DNA of 64,000 nucleotides from Eledone cirrhosa (Eukaryota): NCBI GenBank assembly GCA_964016885.1, contig OZ024740.1, positions 154,690,001 to 154,754,000 of the forward strand, read 5' to 3'. Shown piece by piece: positions 40,672 to 53,947 of this stretch (position 1 is its first letter; each line of letters starts with the position of its first letter). The notes under the pieces were generated by a model. It saw only the letters and a program-made list of their open reading frames with translations, ran no database searches and was not told where the DNA came from. The position numbers and the translations under genes were made by a program.

Positions 40672-41610
40672 TCACGATAGAACCAGTTTGAAACTGGTTA
40701 GACCATTATTCAACAGAGTATTTGATGCTTGGGGTAATAGAGTATGGCTATATTATAAAGAGTTTTTATAATATATATTTATGAACAAGACATTGTCATC
40801 AGACCTGGCATTGCTCACAACAGGATAACTCATCTAACCCATGCCAGCGTGGAAACATGAACGTTAAATGGTGATGATGATGATGATATATTTATATATA
40901 TATGAAGTTTTGTGTTACTGAGGTAGGGGGGGGGGGGACAGACTCGTATCACAGTAGTACTCGAAGGGAAGGATTGGTAGGTACTAATTACTAGATATAT
41001 ATCAGTGAAATGTCTCCACTACTGTCAATAATTGTTGATATACTTCACACTAGTAAATAGTCATGAATCATGTGACCCACATAATAATTGTTTCTACAAG
41101 GCCTGCAATTTGAAGGGAAGGGGAAAGTCGATTAAATTGACCCTTGTCCATTACTAATGCTATATTTGATTGACCCAGTAAGGATGAAAGGTAAAGCTAA
41201 ATTCGGCCAGATTTAAACTCAGAATTTAAAGGGCTCTAACTCTATGCCGCCATAATAATTGTTTCTACTTTTGGCACAAGGCCAGCAATTATCCCAGTGT
41301 ATTACTGGTACTTTATTTTATCAACCTTGTAAGGATGAAAGGCAAAGTTAACCTTGGCGATGCTATCTAAATATTTAACAATACAATAATATTCTTGATC
41401 TCTTTTAAGGACCATTTCAACAGTAGCTGATCCTATATGTGTATATCTGTGCATTTATGTATGTGTGTATGTATGCATGTGTGTGTGCATATGTATATGT
41501 GCGTGCATATGCATTTGTGTGTGCATATGTGTGTGTGTATGTATGTATTTATGTATGATATTCATTTCACTATATTATACATAATGTGAGCCCCTACTAT
41601 ATTTGTATTT

Positions 41611-43386
41611 AGGCCAAAAAGCAGGCTTGGAAAGTATGGCGGGATGGGGGAAGTAGAGAAGACTATCAAGTGGCCAGGAGGGAAGCTAGGAGACAAGTGT
41701 ACTTAGCAAGAAGGGAAGCTGAGGAAAGAAAGTTCAAGCATGTTCTACAACGCGATGACCAAAAACGTCAGGTGTTCAGGATTGCTTGGCAATGCGTCAA
41801 GGAAAACCGTGATATTGTCGGGGAGAAGTGTGTACTAAACGACGATGGCACACTTGCCATCACCGACGCTGATAAGAAGGTAGCTTGGAAGTGTCACTAT
41901 GAAAGGCTACTAAATGAGGAGAATAAATGGGAGAAAGACAGTCTCCCCCATATCGACCCAATAGAGGGACCAGCAGTGTTAGTCGAGGGGAGTATAATAA
42001 GTAAGGCAATCAAGGATATGAAGACGGGTAAGGCGGCTGGGCCTTCGGAAATAGTTGCTGAGATGCTGAAGGCATCTGGCACGGTGGGACACACCATGGT
42101 CACCCGCATAGTTAACCAAGTCGTACAGAATGGGGTTGTTCCGAAGGACTGGCATAGCAGCATCATCGTTAACTGTTATAAGGGTAAAGGAGACGCCCTA
42201 GATAGGAGTAACTATAGAGGCATTAAATTAATCGACCAGGTCATGAAGGTCACGGAAAAAGTAATAGCACAACTAATCAGAGAGAGAATTGACCTAGATG
42301 AAATGCAGTTCGGGTTTGTGTCAGGCAAAAGTACCACAGACGCTCTTTTCATTGTACGACAACTACAGGAGAAGTACCTAGCTAAAGGTAAACCCCTCTA
42401 CTTAGCTTTTGTCGACTTGGAGAAAGCCTTCGACAGAGTCCCCCGCTCCATTATCTGGTGGGCTCTTAGAAAACTAGGCGTTGACGAATGGCTTGTGAGA
42501 GCTATACAAGCCATGTATAAAGAAACAGTCAGCAAGGTTAGAATTAACAACGAATATAGTGAAGAGTTTAGCGTAAAAGTTGGCGTCCATCAGGGCTCTG
42601 TTCTCAGCCCCCTACTATTTATTATTGCCCTTCAGGCTATAACAGAGGAGTTCAAGACCGGCTGCCCATGGGAACTCCTATACGCAGACGACCTGACACT
42701 CATAGCTGAATCAATGGCCGAGCTAGAGAAGAAATTCCAAACATGGAAGCACGGCCTAGAATCAAAAGGCCCTAAAATTAACCTGGCTAAGACTAAAGTT
42801 CTAGTTTGTAGGAAAGAAAATAAGGCGGCGGTCCCTTCTGGGAAATGGTCGTGCTCGGTGTGTAGGAAAGGCGTAGGTAGAAACTCCATTTTATGTCCTA
42901 AATGCAAAGTATGGGTGCATAAAAGATGTAGTGGGATCACAGGTAAGCTAACTAAGAACATAGATTTTACATGTGGCCCGTGCTCTGGTGCAATAAGTAG
43001 CAGCAAGTGCCCACAAAATACTAGCTCTTTCAATTGCGCAGAGGGTTCTATAGAAATAGTGGACAGTTTCCGTTACCTGGGTGATAAAATCAGCAGTGGG
43101 GGAGGGTGCTCTGAAAGTACAGTAGCTAGAGTCAGAACTGGTTGGAAAAAGTTCAGAGAGCTTATACCACTATTAGCTGCTAAAGGGTTCTCCCTAAAAA
43201 TGAAAGGCAGGTTGTACGATGCTTGCATACGAACAGCAATGTTGCATGGCAGTGAGACCTGGGCATTGTGTGCAGAGGATATACGCAGACTAGAGAGGAA
43301 CGAAGCTTGCATGCTCCGCTGGATGTGTAACAGTAATATACGTGAACGGCAAAGCATAAACGAACTAAGGAAAAAATTAGAAATAA
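41611..43386 (+). mobile_element. 5'-truncated young RTE LINE, open RT running into the assembly gap
   Basis: Protein nearly identical to the 23292-25753 copy ([20 protein letters not shown]). Confidence 0.92.
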
Positions 43387-43586
43387 NNNNNNNNNNNNNN
43401 NNNNNNNNNNNNNNNNNNNNNNNNNNNNNNNNNNNNNNNNNNNNNNNNNNNNNNNNNNNNNNNNNNNNNNNNNNNNNNNNNNNNNNNNNNNNNNNNNNNN
43501 NNNNNNNNNNNNNNNNNNNNNNNNNNNNNNNNNNNNNNNNNNNNNNNNNNNNNNNNNNNNNNNNNNNNNNNNNNNNNNNNNNNNNN
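43387..43586. other. Assembly gap (200 N)
   Basis: Run of N. Confidence 1.
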
Positions 43587-44093
43587 GGCAGGATTTATTC
43601 AGCCGGATACTTTTACTAACACCAAGCAATTTGAGAGTGTACTGGGTGCATTTTACCATGGTACCAACACTATAGAATTTGTCATGGCCTTGACACAACT
43701 AAAGTGTCCTCTCAACCCTAAGTTTTGTATTCTGTATATCAATATTACACATATAGTTTTTAGAATCTATTGATTTAGCAAAATATTTTCTATCGAAAAT
43801 ATTTTGTGCTTTGTAATATTTTTGTGTCAAATATCGTATAACCCTCTAGCATTTACATTACTCTATATTTACTATTGTATTTCACAGTAAAGGCTTTTAC
43901 CTCACATAATTATTTCACATAATATTGAATCTATGAGATTTTGATATCATTTATTTTGAGAACAATACCTTAACGTCAGTATGAGGGGCTGGTTTGAACA
44001 GAAAGAGGTGAGAATTCTGGCCGGATATGGCCAGTTTAAATGCTAAAGGGATAAATAGAAAACGTGTTAAAATAGCTGTTATTTTCATTGCAG

Positions 44094-44128
44094 ATATAGA
44101 ATTTCCAGTAGTGGTTCTTTAAATGTCG
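44094..44128 (+). CDS. ADAMTS-like 35-nt exon
   Basis: ttttcattgcag|A...G|gtgagt. Translates YRISSSGSLNV(G). Phase 2/1, which is required to join the flanking exons in frame. Confidence 0.8.
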
Positions 44129-45262
44129 GTGAGTAGTTATTGTCTTGTTTATCTCTGATAGTTATCACATCTTATAAGAGAGAGTTCAGCCAGTACATTA
44201 ATCCAGTTGGGTCATCTCAGAGAACCAAGGAAGACCCCCAGTAAATATATGGTACTCTCCCTTCTTAAAAATTCTCTCAGCCCCTTTGAAGTTTATGAGG
44301 AGTATTCTGCCAACTTCACATCTCTAGGGTTGAAATCTGTCTTGTTCCACCTTATACAATTTCTTTCAGAGGCTCTGATAGTTATGCACCATTCTTTAAT
44401 CTAGTAAGAATATAGGAGATATTTTGGTAATTCCTTTTTGGCTGCTCCTGAAAGTTTCTTCAAATATATCTCTAAGAAATGACATAGCACCCATCGAACC
44501 CCAATGTATGTTGATTGGTTTAAAATTAATTCAGTTAATTCACACATCAAGTAAAACAGTATGTGCATATGAAAGATTCACTAGAAACGTCTGGAGCAGC
44601 TGTTGGCTACATACTGAAGACTCCTACTTTGAATAGTTTCACATAACATTGACAACTTAGAAGATGAGAAAGATTCTATTGATCTGAATTTCATTTAGAA
44701 ACATTTTTAATTTTATTTATGGCAGAAATTTAAATTTATTAATGTGTCATTGAGAAAACCTCTGAAGCAAATGTTTTCATGTATAAATATTTTCAAATAT
44801 TTTGCAAATTATGAATTAATTTTTTCTTAAATTTTAAATTATTGCTAGTTTTGTAAGACAGACAAATATCTGTTATAAGGGAAAGTTTATTTTTTTGTGT
44901 AAAATTAGATAATTAAAATAGCAATTAACACTTTATGTCATATTGACTATTTTAGAAAGTTTAAAATAATTATTTTAATCATTACACAATGTGAAAGTAA
45001 TCTTACCTAAAATATGTAATTAATAAAGTATTTTACATTCTTCAATATTTGTTTTCCAAGCTGGTATTGGTTGAACAGGTTGTTACATTCTGAAACTAGA
45101 CAGGTCAGATGACCATACCTTAGTTTGTCATAGTTTCTACAGCTGGATGCCCTTCCTAATGCCATCCAATTAAGTATTTCAATATATAATTATTTTTAAA
45201 TGCCTGTCAATAGTTTATAGGTGTTTTTTTTTGTTTTTTTATTTTTTTCATTCATATATCAG

Positions 45263-45368
45263 GATTGGCAAATGTTGGTTCAATGTGTTCAGGAAGAAGT
45301 GTCTCAATATCAGTTTCAGAAGGAGCTTTCCAGGAAGTCGTTATTGCCTCCCATGAAATTGCACACAG
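45263..45368 (+). CDS. ADAMTS-like exon with HExxH zinc-binding motif
   Basis: tatatcag|GA...AG|gtatgg. Translates GLANVGSMCSGRSVSISVSEGAFQEVVIASHEIAH(S). GLAxVGxMC and HExxH are ADAMTS hallmarks. Confidence 0.92.
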
Positions 45369-45519
45369 GTATGGATAAATCTCATATTCTCACAGGAATT
45401 TGAGGATTTAACACTTTTCATCCCAGCCTTGCCAAAATCAGCCCTGGTTCTATGAAGCAAACTACCCATTTTCAATGAAAATCTTCCAAGATGATTTTAT
45501 ATAAGAACGATATGTTAAT

Positions 45520-48125
45520 AATGGTTTCTTATATAGGCACAAGGCCAGCAATTTTGGGGGCGGGGAAAGTTGATTAAATCGACCTCAGTATGTGACTGGT
45601 ACTTTATTTTATCGTAGGGATGAAAGGCAAAGTTAACCTCGGCGGGATTTGAACTCAGATCATAAAGGGCCGTAACTCTATGCTACAAAGCATGGCGTCC
45701 GACGCTTCACCGATACTGTCAATCCACCACCCTCACGATATGTTAGTAATGAAGTAATTCATAATTTTATTCAACTGCTCAAAATTCTTCATTAATTAAT
45801 TGAAATAGTGCATTTCATTAGAAATAATCACAAAAGAGTAAATAGGTTTCATTTTAATACTAGCTGCTGCACCTGACTGTGACATGGTTTATTAACGTCT
45901 GAGATATATGCTTTTTTTTTTGGGGGGGGGGGGGGGTCTCTTCTCATCCTCATCAGGAAAAAGTGACTAAATTGCTTTAAAAAGATGTTTGCAACCTTCA
46001 GTCTTCTCCATTCTATCTGCTGAGGCCATGAGGCAGTCAAACCCTTAAACATATTTCGTTTTGGTTCTTCATTTACATAGGGTCGGACGCCATGCTTTGA
46101 CGCATAGTTACGGCCCTTGCCATTCTGAGTTCAAATCCCGCCGAGGTTAACTTTGCCTTTCATCCTTACGGGGTCGATAAAATAAAGTACCAGTAATGCA
46201 CTGGGTAATTGCTGGCCTTGTGCAAAAAGTAGAAACAATTATTTGTTTAGAAAATCTCTCTCCACCTCCTTTACTATTTAAGACTACACAATCTTTAGAG
46301 AGGGCAGAGTAAGCTGTTTACTGGGAAAGGTTCAACTAGGTTATATGGATTTACTCAGAATTGTCACCCAGAAGATGGGTTAAGATGAGCTTCAAATATA
46401 TTCACAAAACAAAATTAAACAAATTTAGAAGCTAAGTAAAATTTTATTCTTGTGTTTATTTAAATTTTCTGGGAATGAATTATGTTTTCAAAACTATACT
46501 AATTTACATAATTACTCTAAATGAATTACTTTTTTAATAAGTAACATTTTACAATAACTATTGTAGTATTTTAGTTTTTCTATCTGGTGCAGAAAATAAC
46601 AAACTTCAGAAAATGTTCCAATAGCTGTGTGGTTTAGAAGTTCATATCACAGTTACATGGTTTTGGACATGTGATGACTTGGGCAAATGTCTTCTTCTAC
46701 AGCATCGGGTTGACTAATGCCTTTATCAATGAAATTTGGGAGACTGAAACTCCAGAAGCCCATTATAAGTATATATATGTGTGTGAGTGATACTGTGTAT
46801 GTGTCTATGTCCCATAACTTAGTTTGACAAAAAGATTGATAAAATAAGTTCCAAACTTGGAAAAATAAGTACTATGTAAAATTACTGCAGCGTAGGTGTA
46901 AAACAACTTGGAACACACATGCATTCACTTTTATATAAGGATTTCAAATTTTGGCATAAGGTCAGCAAATTTGAGAGAATGGCAAAGTTCATTAAATCAA
47001 TCCCAGTACATGACTGGAACTTAATTTTATCGACCCCAGAAAGATGAAAGGCAAAGTTGACCTTGGCAGGATTAGAACTAAGGATTTTTAATTTAGGCAC
47101 AAGGCAAACAATTTGTGGCAAGGGAAAAGTTGATTACACTAAGCCCAGTATATGACTGATACTTCTCAGGAAGATGAAAAGCAAAGTTGACCTCAGCAGG
47201 ATTTGAACTTGGAATGTTGCAAAGCATTTTGTCAGATGCTCTAATGATTCTGATAATTCACTGCCCCTGTCATCTTTTAAATAAAGAGTTGCATCATGGG
47301 TAGGTCATCGTTAGAGTTACTATTTACCATTTTTTTCATTATCATCATTATTTAACATCCATTTTTCTATGCTGGCATGGGTTGGTTGTGTCATCACAGA
47401 TAGTCGTTTATTTAATCAGAGTTACTGTCCTCTCAGATGGCCCAGAGGCCACATCTTGCTTATCTTTCATCCTTCTGAAGTTTATAAATAAAGTACCACT
47501 TTAAAGTGATGGATTGATGTAACTGTGAGTATATCAAATAGAAGGGTTGTAGTATTTGTTCTTGCTCTTTGTATTCTAAGTTCTAATACTACTATGGTCA
47601 ACTTGTCTGGTTTAACACAACCACCTGTCCATTTGGTGCCTTTAGAAGAATCCACTCTTTCACACACATTTGGGCCAGGTTTTCAGTTTGAAGAGTCTTT
47701 CCTCTCTTCATTGTTCCTTCCTTCACATCATTCTTGAAGGTCTTTAAAAGTGTCATGGACACTCCATTCCCTCTTTGACTAAACAGTAAAAAGAAAAGAA
47801 AAATTTGCATAACTGAATTTGGCTTTGGTATTTTTCTCAACAAATCTTATTGATTTCACTTGATTTTGTTCATCATTATCATTATCATTGTCACTGTACA
47901 AGGGTGATGAATTGGCAGAATCGGTAGAGCGTCGGACACTATGCTTCACAGCAGAGAGTATGTTCCTTTACGTTCAGAGTTCAAATACTACTGAGGTTAG
48001 CTTTGCCTTTCATCCTTACAGGGTCAACAGGGTCCATAAAATAAAGCACCAAGTGCTGGGGTTGATTTAATCAACTTTCCCTCTCCTTCAAATTGCTGTC
48101 CTTGTGCCTAAATCAGAAACTATTA
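45520..48125. mobile_element. Intronic cluster of the same SINE family (45520-45730 -, 46080-46240 +, 46935-47265 - tandem, 47900-48125 +)
   Basis: Repeated ctttgcctttcatcc / ggatgaaaggcaaag core with B-box gagttcaaatccc. Confidence 0.7.
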
Positions 48126-48583
48126 TCATTTTCACTGTACATCCACTTTCTATGCTATCATGGGTTGGATGAATTGTCACAGTTTGAGTCAATTCTTATT
48201 TGGAATTACAAGACAAGTCAGAAGACTACATCTTGTTCAAAATATTCCATTTTTGGTATGGTTTTAACAGCTGGGTGCCCTTCCTCACACCAACCACTTT
48301 ACAGAGTATACTGGGTGCATTTCATCATAACACCAGAAATAGAGAAGCTATCATGTCTTCAGCAAGAGCTATCATGTCTTTAGCAAGATTAAAAGGGTTC
48401 TCTTGACAATATGTTGTTCTTGTTTGATAATATGCACTTTACATAGTGTTCTTGACACATTTTATCAAGGCACAATCAATAAGGAGCTTGTTATGTATCA
48501 CACAAGACTAAAGCATGTTCATTCCAATCTCACTATCTGTTTGTATTATATTATTATATGGGGTTTTTTTTGTTTATTTACAG

Positions 48584-48748
48584 TTTAAATGTTAAACATG
48601 ATGGAGAAAGAAATAATTGTAACGGACGTGATTCCTTCCTTATGTCTCCCACTGTTGAGGTGAACCAGCCCCTTTCACTAAAAAAAAACACCTATAGGTT
48701 CTCTCCTTGTAGTGTCAACGCAATGAGGCTATTTGCACGAAATACAAA
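48584..48748 (+). CDS. ADAMTS-like exon with third zinc His and Met-turn
   Basis: atttacag|T...AA|gtaagt. Translates LNVKHDGERNNCNGRDSFLMSPTVEVNQPLSLKKNTYRFSPCSVNAMRLFARNT (xxHD, LM Met-turn, FSxCS). Confidence 0.92.
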
Positions 48749-48974
48749 GTAAGTTGATTCATCATCATTATCATCATCATCATTTTTATGGCTGTTTTTC
48801 CATGATTGCAAGGTTCAAATAAGTCCTCTCCAGTACAGAATCTCACCACTTGTCTCTCTCCTTTGTGGAATGTAGTTTCTTAGAGTCAGTTTTCATCACA
48901 GCCTACATTTTTCCATGCTTGCATGTTATTCAAGTCCTCCCCAGTATAGCATTTCTCCATTTGTAATAGAATGA

Positions 48975-49210
48975 GTATAGTTGAATGATAGAATGGGAAG
49001 AGTTGAATAATAGAATGAGTACAGTTGAGTGATATAATAAGTACAGTTGAGTGGTAGTATGGGTACAACTGAATGATAAGATGGGTACAGTTGAGTGATA
49101 TACTGAGTACAGTTGAGTGAAAATGTTAGATAGAAATGAGTGATAAGATTGGGCAGAGTTGAGTGATAATGTTAATCACAATTTAGTGATAAGGTTGAGC
49201 ACAGTTGAAT
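48975..49210. repeat. Degenerate ~21-bp minisatellite
   Basis: Recurring gtacagttgagtgata units. Confidence 0.65.
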
Positions 49211-49621
49211 CCTGATATCAGCAGGTATATCATGTCTCAATGGGTGTATTGATAGAGAGATAGAGATCAATATGGAGAGAGAAAGAGGCAGAGGCAGACA
49301 GACAGAGTGGGGCATATAATATATTTGTCTGAGACATAACAAGTAAAGGAAAAGTGTCTTACTCTAACAAGATATGCCTATACTTTAATAATGATTTCTA
49401 CTCTAGGTACAAGACCCAGTAATTTTCAGAAGGAAAACGTTGAATAGATCAACTCTGATACTTTATTGTATCACCCATGAAAGGTTGAAAGACAAAGTTA
49501 ACATCAGTAGGATTTGAACTCAGAATGTAGAAGCCAGAACAAATACATCAAGGCATTTTATCCAATGCTCTAACAATTGTAATAACAAGTCTTATTGATA
49601 TAAATATTTTTACTTTTGCAG

Positions 49622-49742
49622 CTGTTTAGAGGAACAAGGAAAACTGTCTAGGGATGTAATTACAATTAAAAGACCAACTGGTCAGATATATAATATTGAG
49701 GAACAGTGCAAGACATTAACAAATGCTGTAGGACTTTGCGCA
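49622..49742 (+). CDS. ADAMTS-like exon (end of catalytic domain, start of disintegrin-like domain)
   Basis: ttttgcag|C...GCA|gtgagt. Translates CLEEQGKLSRDVITIKRPTGQIYNIEEQCKTLTNAVGLCA, matching ADAMTS 'CL...PG..Y..deQC......C'. No further exon was found in the window. Confidence 0.88.
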
Positions 49743-50620
49743 GTGAGTTCTTCTCATTTAAGTTAAACTTCTCATTTATGTTAAACTACACCATCATCAC
49801 CATTTAACATCCATTTTTATATGCTTGCATGTGTTAGATGGATTGTCATGTTATGAACAAGTCAAGTCAAGTGACCATGTCTTGCTTATAGGGATCTGTA
49901 TTTTGGCTTGGTTCATATGGTTGGATGCTCTTCCTAATGCCTGTGTAGACTGGGAGATTTATCATGGCATCAAAACGACCATCTAGCAAGGTGGACTGGG
50001 TGCTTTTTCATTGTGTCATCAGCATGACCACCTTTACAGGGTCGACTGGGCATGTTTTGTTGTGTCACAAGCAAGACAATTTTGCAGGGTGGACTGGGTG
50101 CTTTGTTTTTATTGTGCCAGAAGCATGATGATCTTACAGGGTGAACTAAATTATATTTGGAAGGGGTATAAAAATAAATGATAAATAAATGTTGAAACAA
50201 TGAACATTATACAAATGAACTTGTGTGTGCGCATACATGTGTTTGTATATATATATATATTATACAGGTGGTCTTGTAGGTGTCATGACAAAAAGCACCC
50301 AGTCCACACTGTAAAGTGGTTGTGTAGGTGACACAACAAAAAGCACACAGTCCATGCTGTAAAGTGGTTGTGTAGGTGACATGGCAAAAAGCACCCAGCA
50401 CATACTGTAAATGTGTTGGTGTTAGGAAGGGAATCCAGCCATAGAAACCAAGCCAAAATCAATTCAGTGTGAGTGAATTCACGGTTCCCCAACCTGATCC
50501 CTCACAAAAGGACAGCCCGCCTTACCCATGCTAGTGTGGAAGATGGACGTTAAATGACAATGATTATGATGAAGTTGATGATATATATATACTAATATAT
50601 ATATATACTAATATATATAT

Positions 50621-51170
50621 GAAAAGTGTAATTTTCTACACAAAACGAAGGTTATAGAGAAAATTGAGGTTGGTAATGGCACATGGAATATATAAGAGAC
50701 AGAATACTTTTTTGTGAAAAAACATAATTTTATAAGGTAAGGAAATAATAAAGGGTATAAAAAATGACCGGTTTCGATGGGTCTGCAAAAGCCATCTTTT
50801 CAAATGTTGATTAATATTAAGAAAAATTAATAAAACGAAGAGTTAAAATTTGAGATTTGAAAATTCAAGTATAAAATTCATTGTGGGATTTCATAGCAGT
50901 TTTCATCTAGGTAGCAACAACAGGTTGACTGCTGTGTCCCTTTCTGGTAGTGAATGAGAAGTTATTTGGGGTGTGGGTTATTTTATAAAGGTCAGATTTA
51001 GCAATCGTCAACTGGCCAGCTGCTGGTCAGTGAGGGGGTGGAAGCAATATACATACACATATCTTCCTGTGGTGGGTAGGAGAGTGGAGCGTGATAGAAA
51101 GGGATTTAGTGCACTTACACCTATATATACACACATATCTTCATCCACACATACATACATATACATATAC

Positions 51171-51209
<39 letters not shown>

Positions 51210-51272
51210 CACACATACATACACACACACATACATATACATACACATACACACACACACATATATACACAT

Positions 51273-51327
<55 letters not shown>

Positions 51328-51394
51328 TATATATACATACACATACATCCAGATACACACATACATACACACACACACACACACATATATATAT

Positions 51395-51458
<64 letters not shown>

Positions 51459-53947
51459 CCACACATACATACACACACACACACATATATATATACATAC
51501 ACACATACAAACATACACACACACACACACACACATATATACACATACACACACATATATACACACACACACACACGCGCATATATATATATATATATAT
51601 ACACATACGCATACATCCAGATACACACATACATACACACACACACACACGCACACACAATACATACATCCACATGCACACACATATACACACATACACA
51701 CATATACACATACATACACCCACACACAGAGAAATGGCCTCCAAATATATATATATATATACATACAGACACATATATTTTTTCAATAATATAAGAAGTT
51801 GGGACAGTGAAATTAAAATACAAGTCATTCTGATCACATTGAGTTCTTCATGTAGATTGGGCCCCGCAACCGACAGTGGTGAATTCTGTGTGCGCATATA
51901 TATATAGATATATGTGTGTGCACGTGCAGGGTTTAACATGGATGTGTTGGTCACACAAAGGCATGGTCTGTCAACGAATAAACCTGATTCTACAGAATTG
52001 GTCTCTGGTCTTTAATAGTAGTGATTCCGTGCGTATGTGTGTTTATATTTTATGACAATTCTATTGGGGTGATAACCCGTTTAGTTTTGGTTTAAATTTG
52101 TTAAGGAATAGATTTTCTTTGTTTATTCTTTGTTGCTGTGTGAACGAATCTGAGCACTTGTAGAAGGGGAAGATTTTAAAGTTGGGTAGTGTCATTCCTG
52201 CGCAGTTCGCAATATGGCTGCTCAAGGGGATTTTTCTTGTGTTAGCGTCCCGGATTTGTTGGCGGTGGATGGTCATTCTTTTGCGTAATGAGGTGCCCGT
52301 CTGTCCTATGTAGTTGTGTTTGCACCCACCGCAAGTTATTGCGTAAATCAAGTTCTCCGAGTTGCAGGTGAAATTGTTTTTTACTGTAAATGTTTGGCCA
52401 TCTTTGAATGTAAATGTTTGTCCTTCAGTGAGGTAGAGGCACGTTCCACAGTTTGTTCTACCACATTTGGTAACTGTAGGGTTGAGGATTGGTTTGGGTA
52501 TATTTGGTCCAGTGAGAATGCGTTTAAGTGATTTGGGTTGTCTTTTACTTTTAAGGATCTTGTGTGTTTCAAGAATAGACTTCATTTTTACATCTTTAAG
52601 TAGGATGGGGAGGTTTTTGTGTAGGTGATCAAACATTTCGGTATTTCTGGGGTTGAAAGTGGATACATATGGCAGGGTGTTTAGTGTGGTTTTCTGTTTT
52701 GGATTGTTAAGTTGATGGGGATTTAGGTGTTTTGCCCTGTCTATTCCATTGTTGATTATTTCAAGTAGAAAGGCTCTTAAGATAAGGGTGTCTTTTAGTT
52801 CCTTTAGTCTTTGCTCCCGTTTAGGTGGATCTGATACTATGGTACATATACGTTTGGCCAAATTGTAAGGAATGTTAAGTTTTGTATGTTTTGGGTGACT
52901 TGATGTGAAAAAGAGGTATTGCTTGGAATCTGTGGGTTTATAGAATATATCTGTATCTAATTTCCCGTCTATTACAGAGATGAGAATATCCAAGAAGGCT
53001 AATTCCTTAGGATTGGATTCCATTGTGAATTGTATGTTATTATCTATGTTGTTTATCATGTTTTTAAACGTAGTAAGTGAGTTCATGTCTTCTTGCCATA
53101 GGATAAAGCAGTCGTCTAGATATCTTTTCCAATTGGCTTTGAGGTGTGTGTGGAAAGAGTCTCCAAATAAGAGAAGGGACTGACTGTATATTTGTTGTTC
53201 ATGGAATCCCATGACTAGGTTGGCATATGTGGGTGCTACTTTCGTGCCCATTGCCGTACCTGATACTTGTCTGTATGTTGAACCATTGAATGTGAAGTAG
53301 TTATTTTGTAGGATAAAGCGGAGTCCGTCAGTGATAAAATCTGTGTTGATGCGTGTCGGTATTTCTGATGGGTGTGTGTTAAGCCAGTATTGGACTGCTG
53401 TTATTCCATAGTTGTGAGGTATGTTTGTGTAGAGGTTTATTACGTCAAAGGAGACAAGAATTGTATTTGCACTTACTGTTTTAGGGAGGTGTTTCAGCAT
53501 GTCAAGGTCATCTCGTATGTAGCTCTGTATATGTTGTAGAAAGGGTTTCAGTAGGATGTCCAGAAAGTTGCTAAGTCTGTGGGTTTCACATGTAGGGCCT
53601 GCTATAATTGGCCTGAGTTTTAGGTCTTCTGGTGGTGTTAGTTCAATGTAATTGTTGATTGAGGTGTCACATGCATCGTTTATGGGTTTACATTTGTGGA
53701 GTTTCGGTAAGCCGTAAAAAGAGCTTGTATTGCATTTGAAGTGGCTTATATAGTTAAACTCTTTTGTGGTTAAGCTGTTGCGGTATTTATTCAGTAAGGT
53801 CAAAAGGTTCCCCATTGTTTTGGTGTGTTTGTAGTTTTCTGTTTTTTCATAGTATGTGTTGTTTTCTAAAATGTTAAGTGCGAGGGTCCTATAGTAGTCC
53901 GTATTCATAATGACAACAGTACTGCCTTTATCGGCTTCTTTGATAGT
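50621..53947 (-). mobile_element. Penelope-like retroelement (Neptune-type), 5'-truncated
   Basis: RT-GIY-YIG ORF followed by a 3' region with a TG/TA tract and a decayed HHR (50761-50808). Flanked by a 17-bp direct repeat tatactaatatatatat (50604-50620 / 53948-53964). Confidence 0.88.
52061..53947 (-). CDS. Penelope-like reverse transcriptase + C-terminal GIY-YIG endonuclease (N-terminally truncated, otherwise open)
   Basis: IKEADKGSTVVIMN (DKG motif), FYGLPKLHK, LRPII, SFDVINLYTNI, GTAMGT, RYLDDCF, Cys linker CGRTNCGTC, NLIYAITCGGCKHNYIGQT...RMTIH. Confidence 0.93.
   Translation of the reverse strand, partial: TIKEADKGSTVVIMNTDYYRTLALNILENNTYYEKTENYKHTKTMGNLLTLLNKYRNSLTTKEFNYISHFKCNTSSFYGLPKLHKCKPINDACDTSINNYIELTPPEDLKLRPIIAGPTCETHRLSNFLDILLKPFLQHIQSYIRDDLDMLKHLPKTVSANTILVSFDVINLYTNIPHNYGITAVQYWLNTHPSEIPTRINTDFITDGLRFILQNNYFTFNGSTYRQVSGTAMGTKVAPTYANLVMGFHEQQIYSQSLLLFGDSFHTHLKANWKRYLDDCFILWQEDMNSLTTFKNMINNIDNNIQFTMESNPKELAFLDILISVIDGKLDTDIFYKPTDSKQYLFFTSSHPKHTKLNIPYNLAKRICTIVSDPPKREQRLKELKDTLILRAFLLEIINNGIDRAKHLNPHQLNNPKQKTTLNTLPYVSTFNPRNTEMFDHLHKNLPILLKDVKMKSILETHKILKSKRQPKSLKRILTGPNIPKPILNPTVTKCGRTNCGTCLYLTEGQTFTFKDGQTFTVKNNFTCNSENLIYAITCGGCKHNYIGQTGTSLRKRMTIHRQQIRDANTRKIPLSSHIANCAGMTLPNFKIFPFYKCSDSFTQQQRINKENLFLNKFKPKLNGLSPQ

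Noticed and set aside
43180-43698. ORFs spanning the N run
   Set aside because: Artefacts of the assembly gap.
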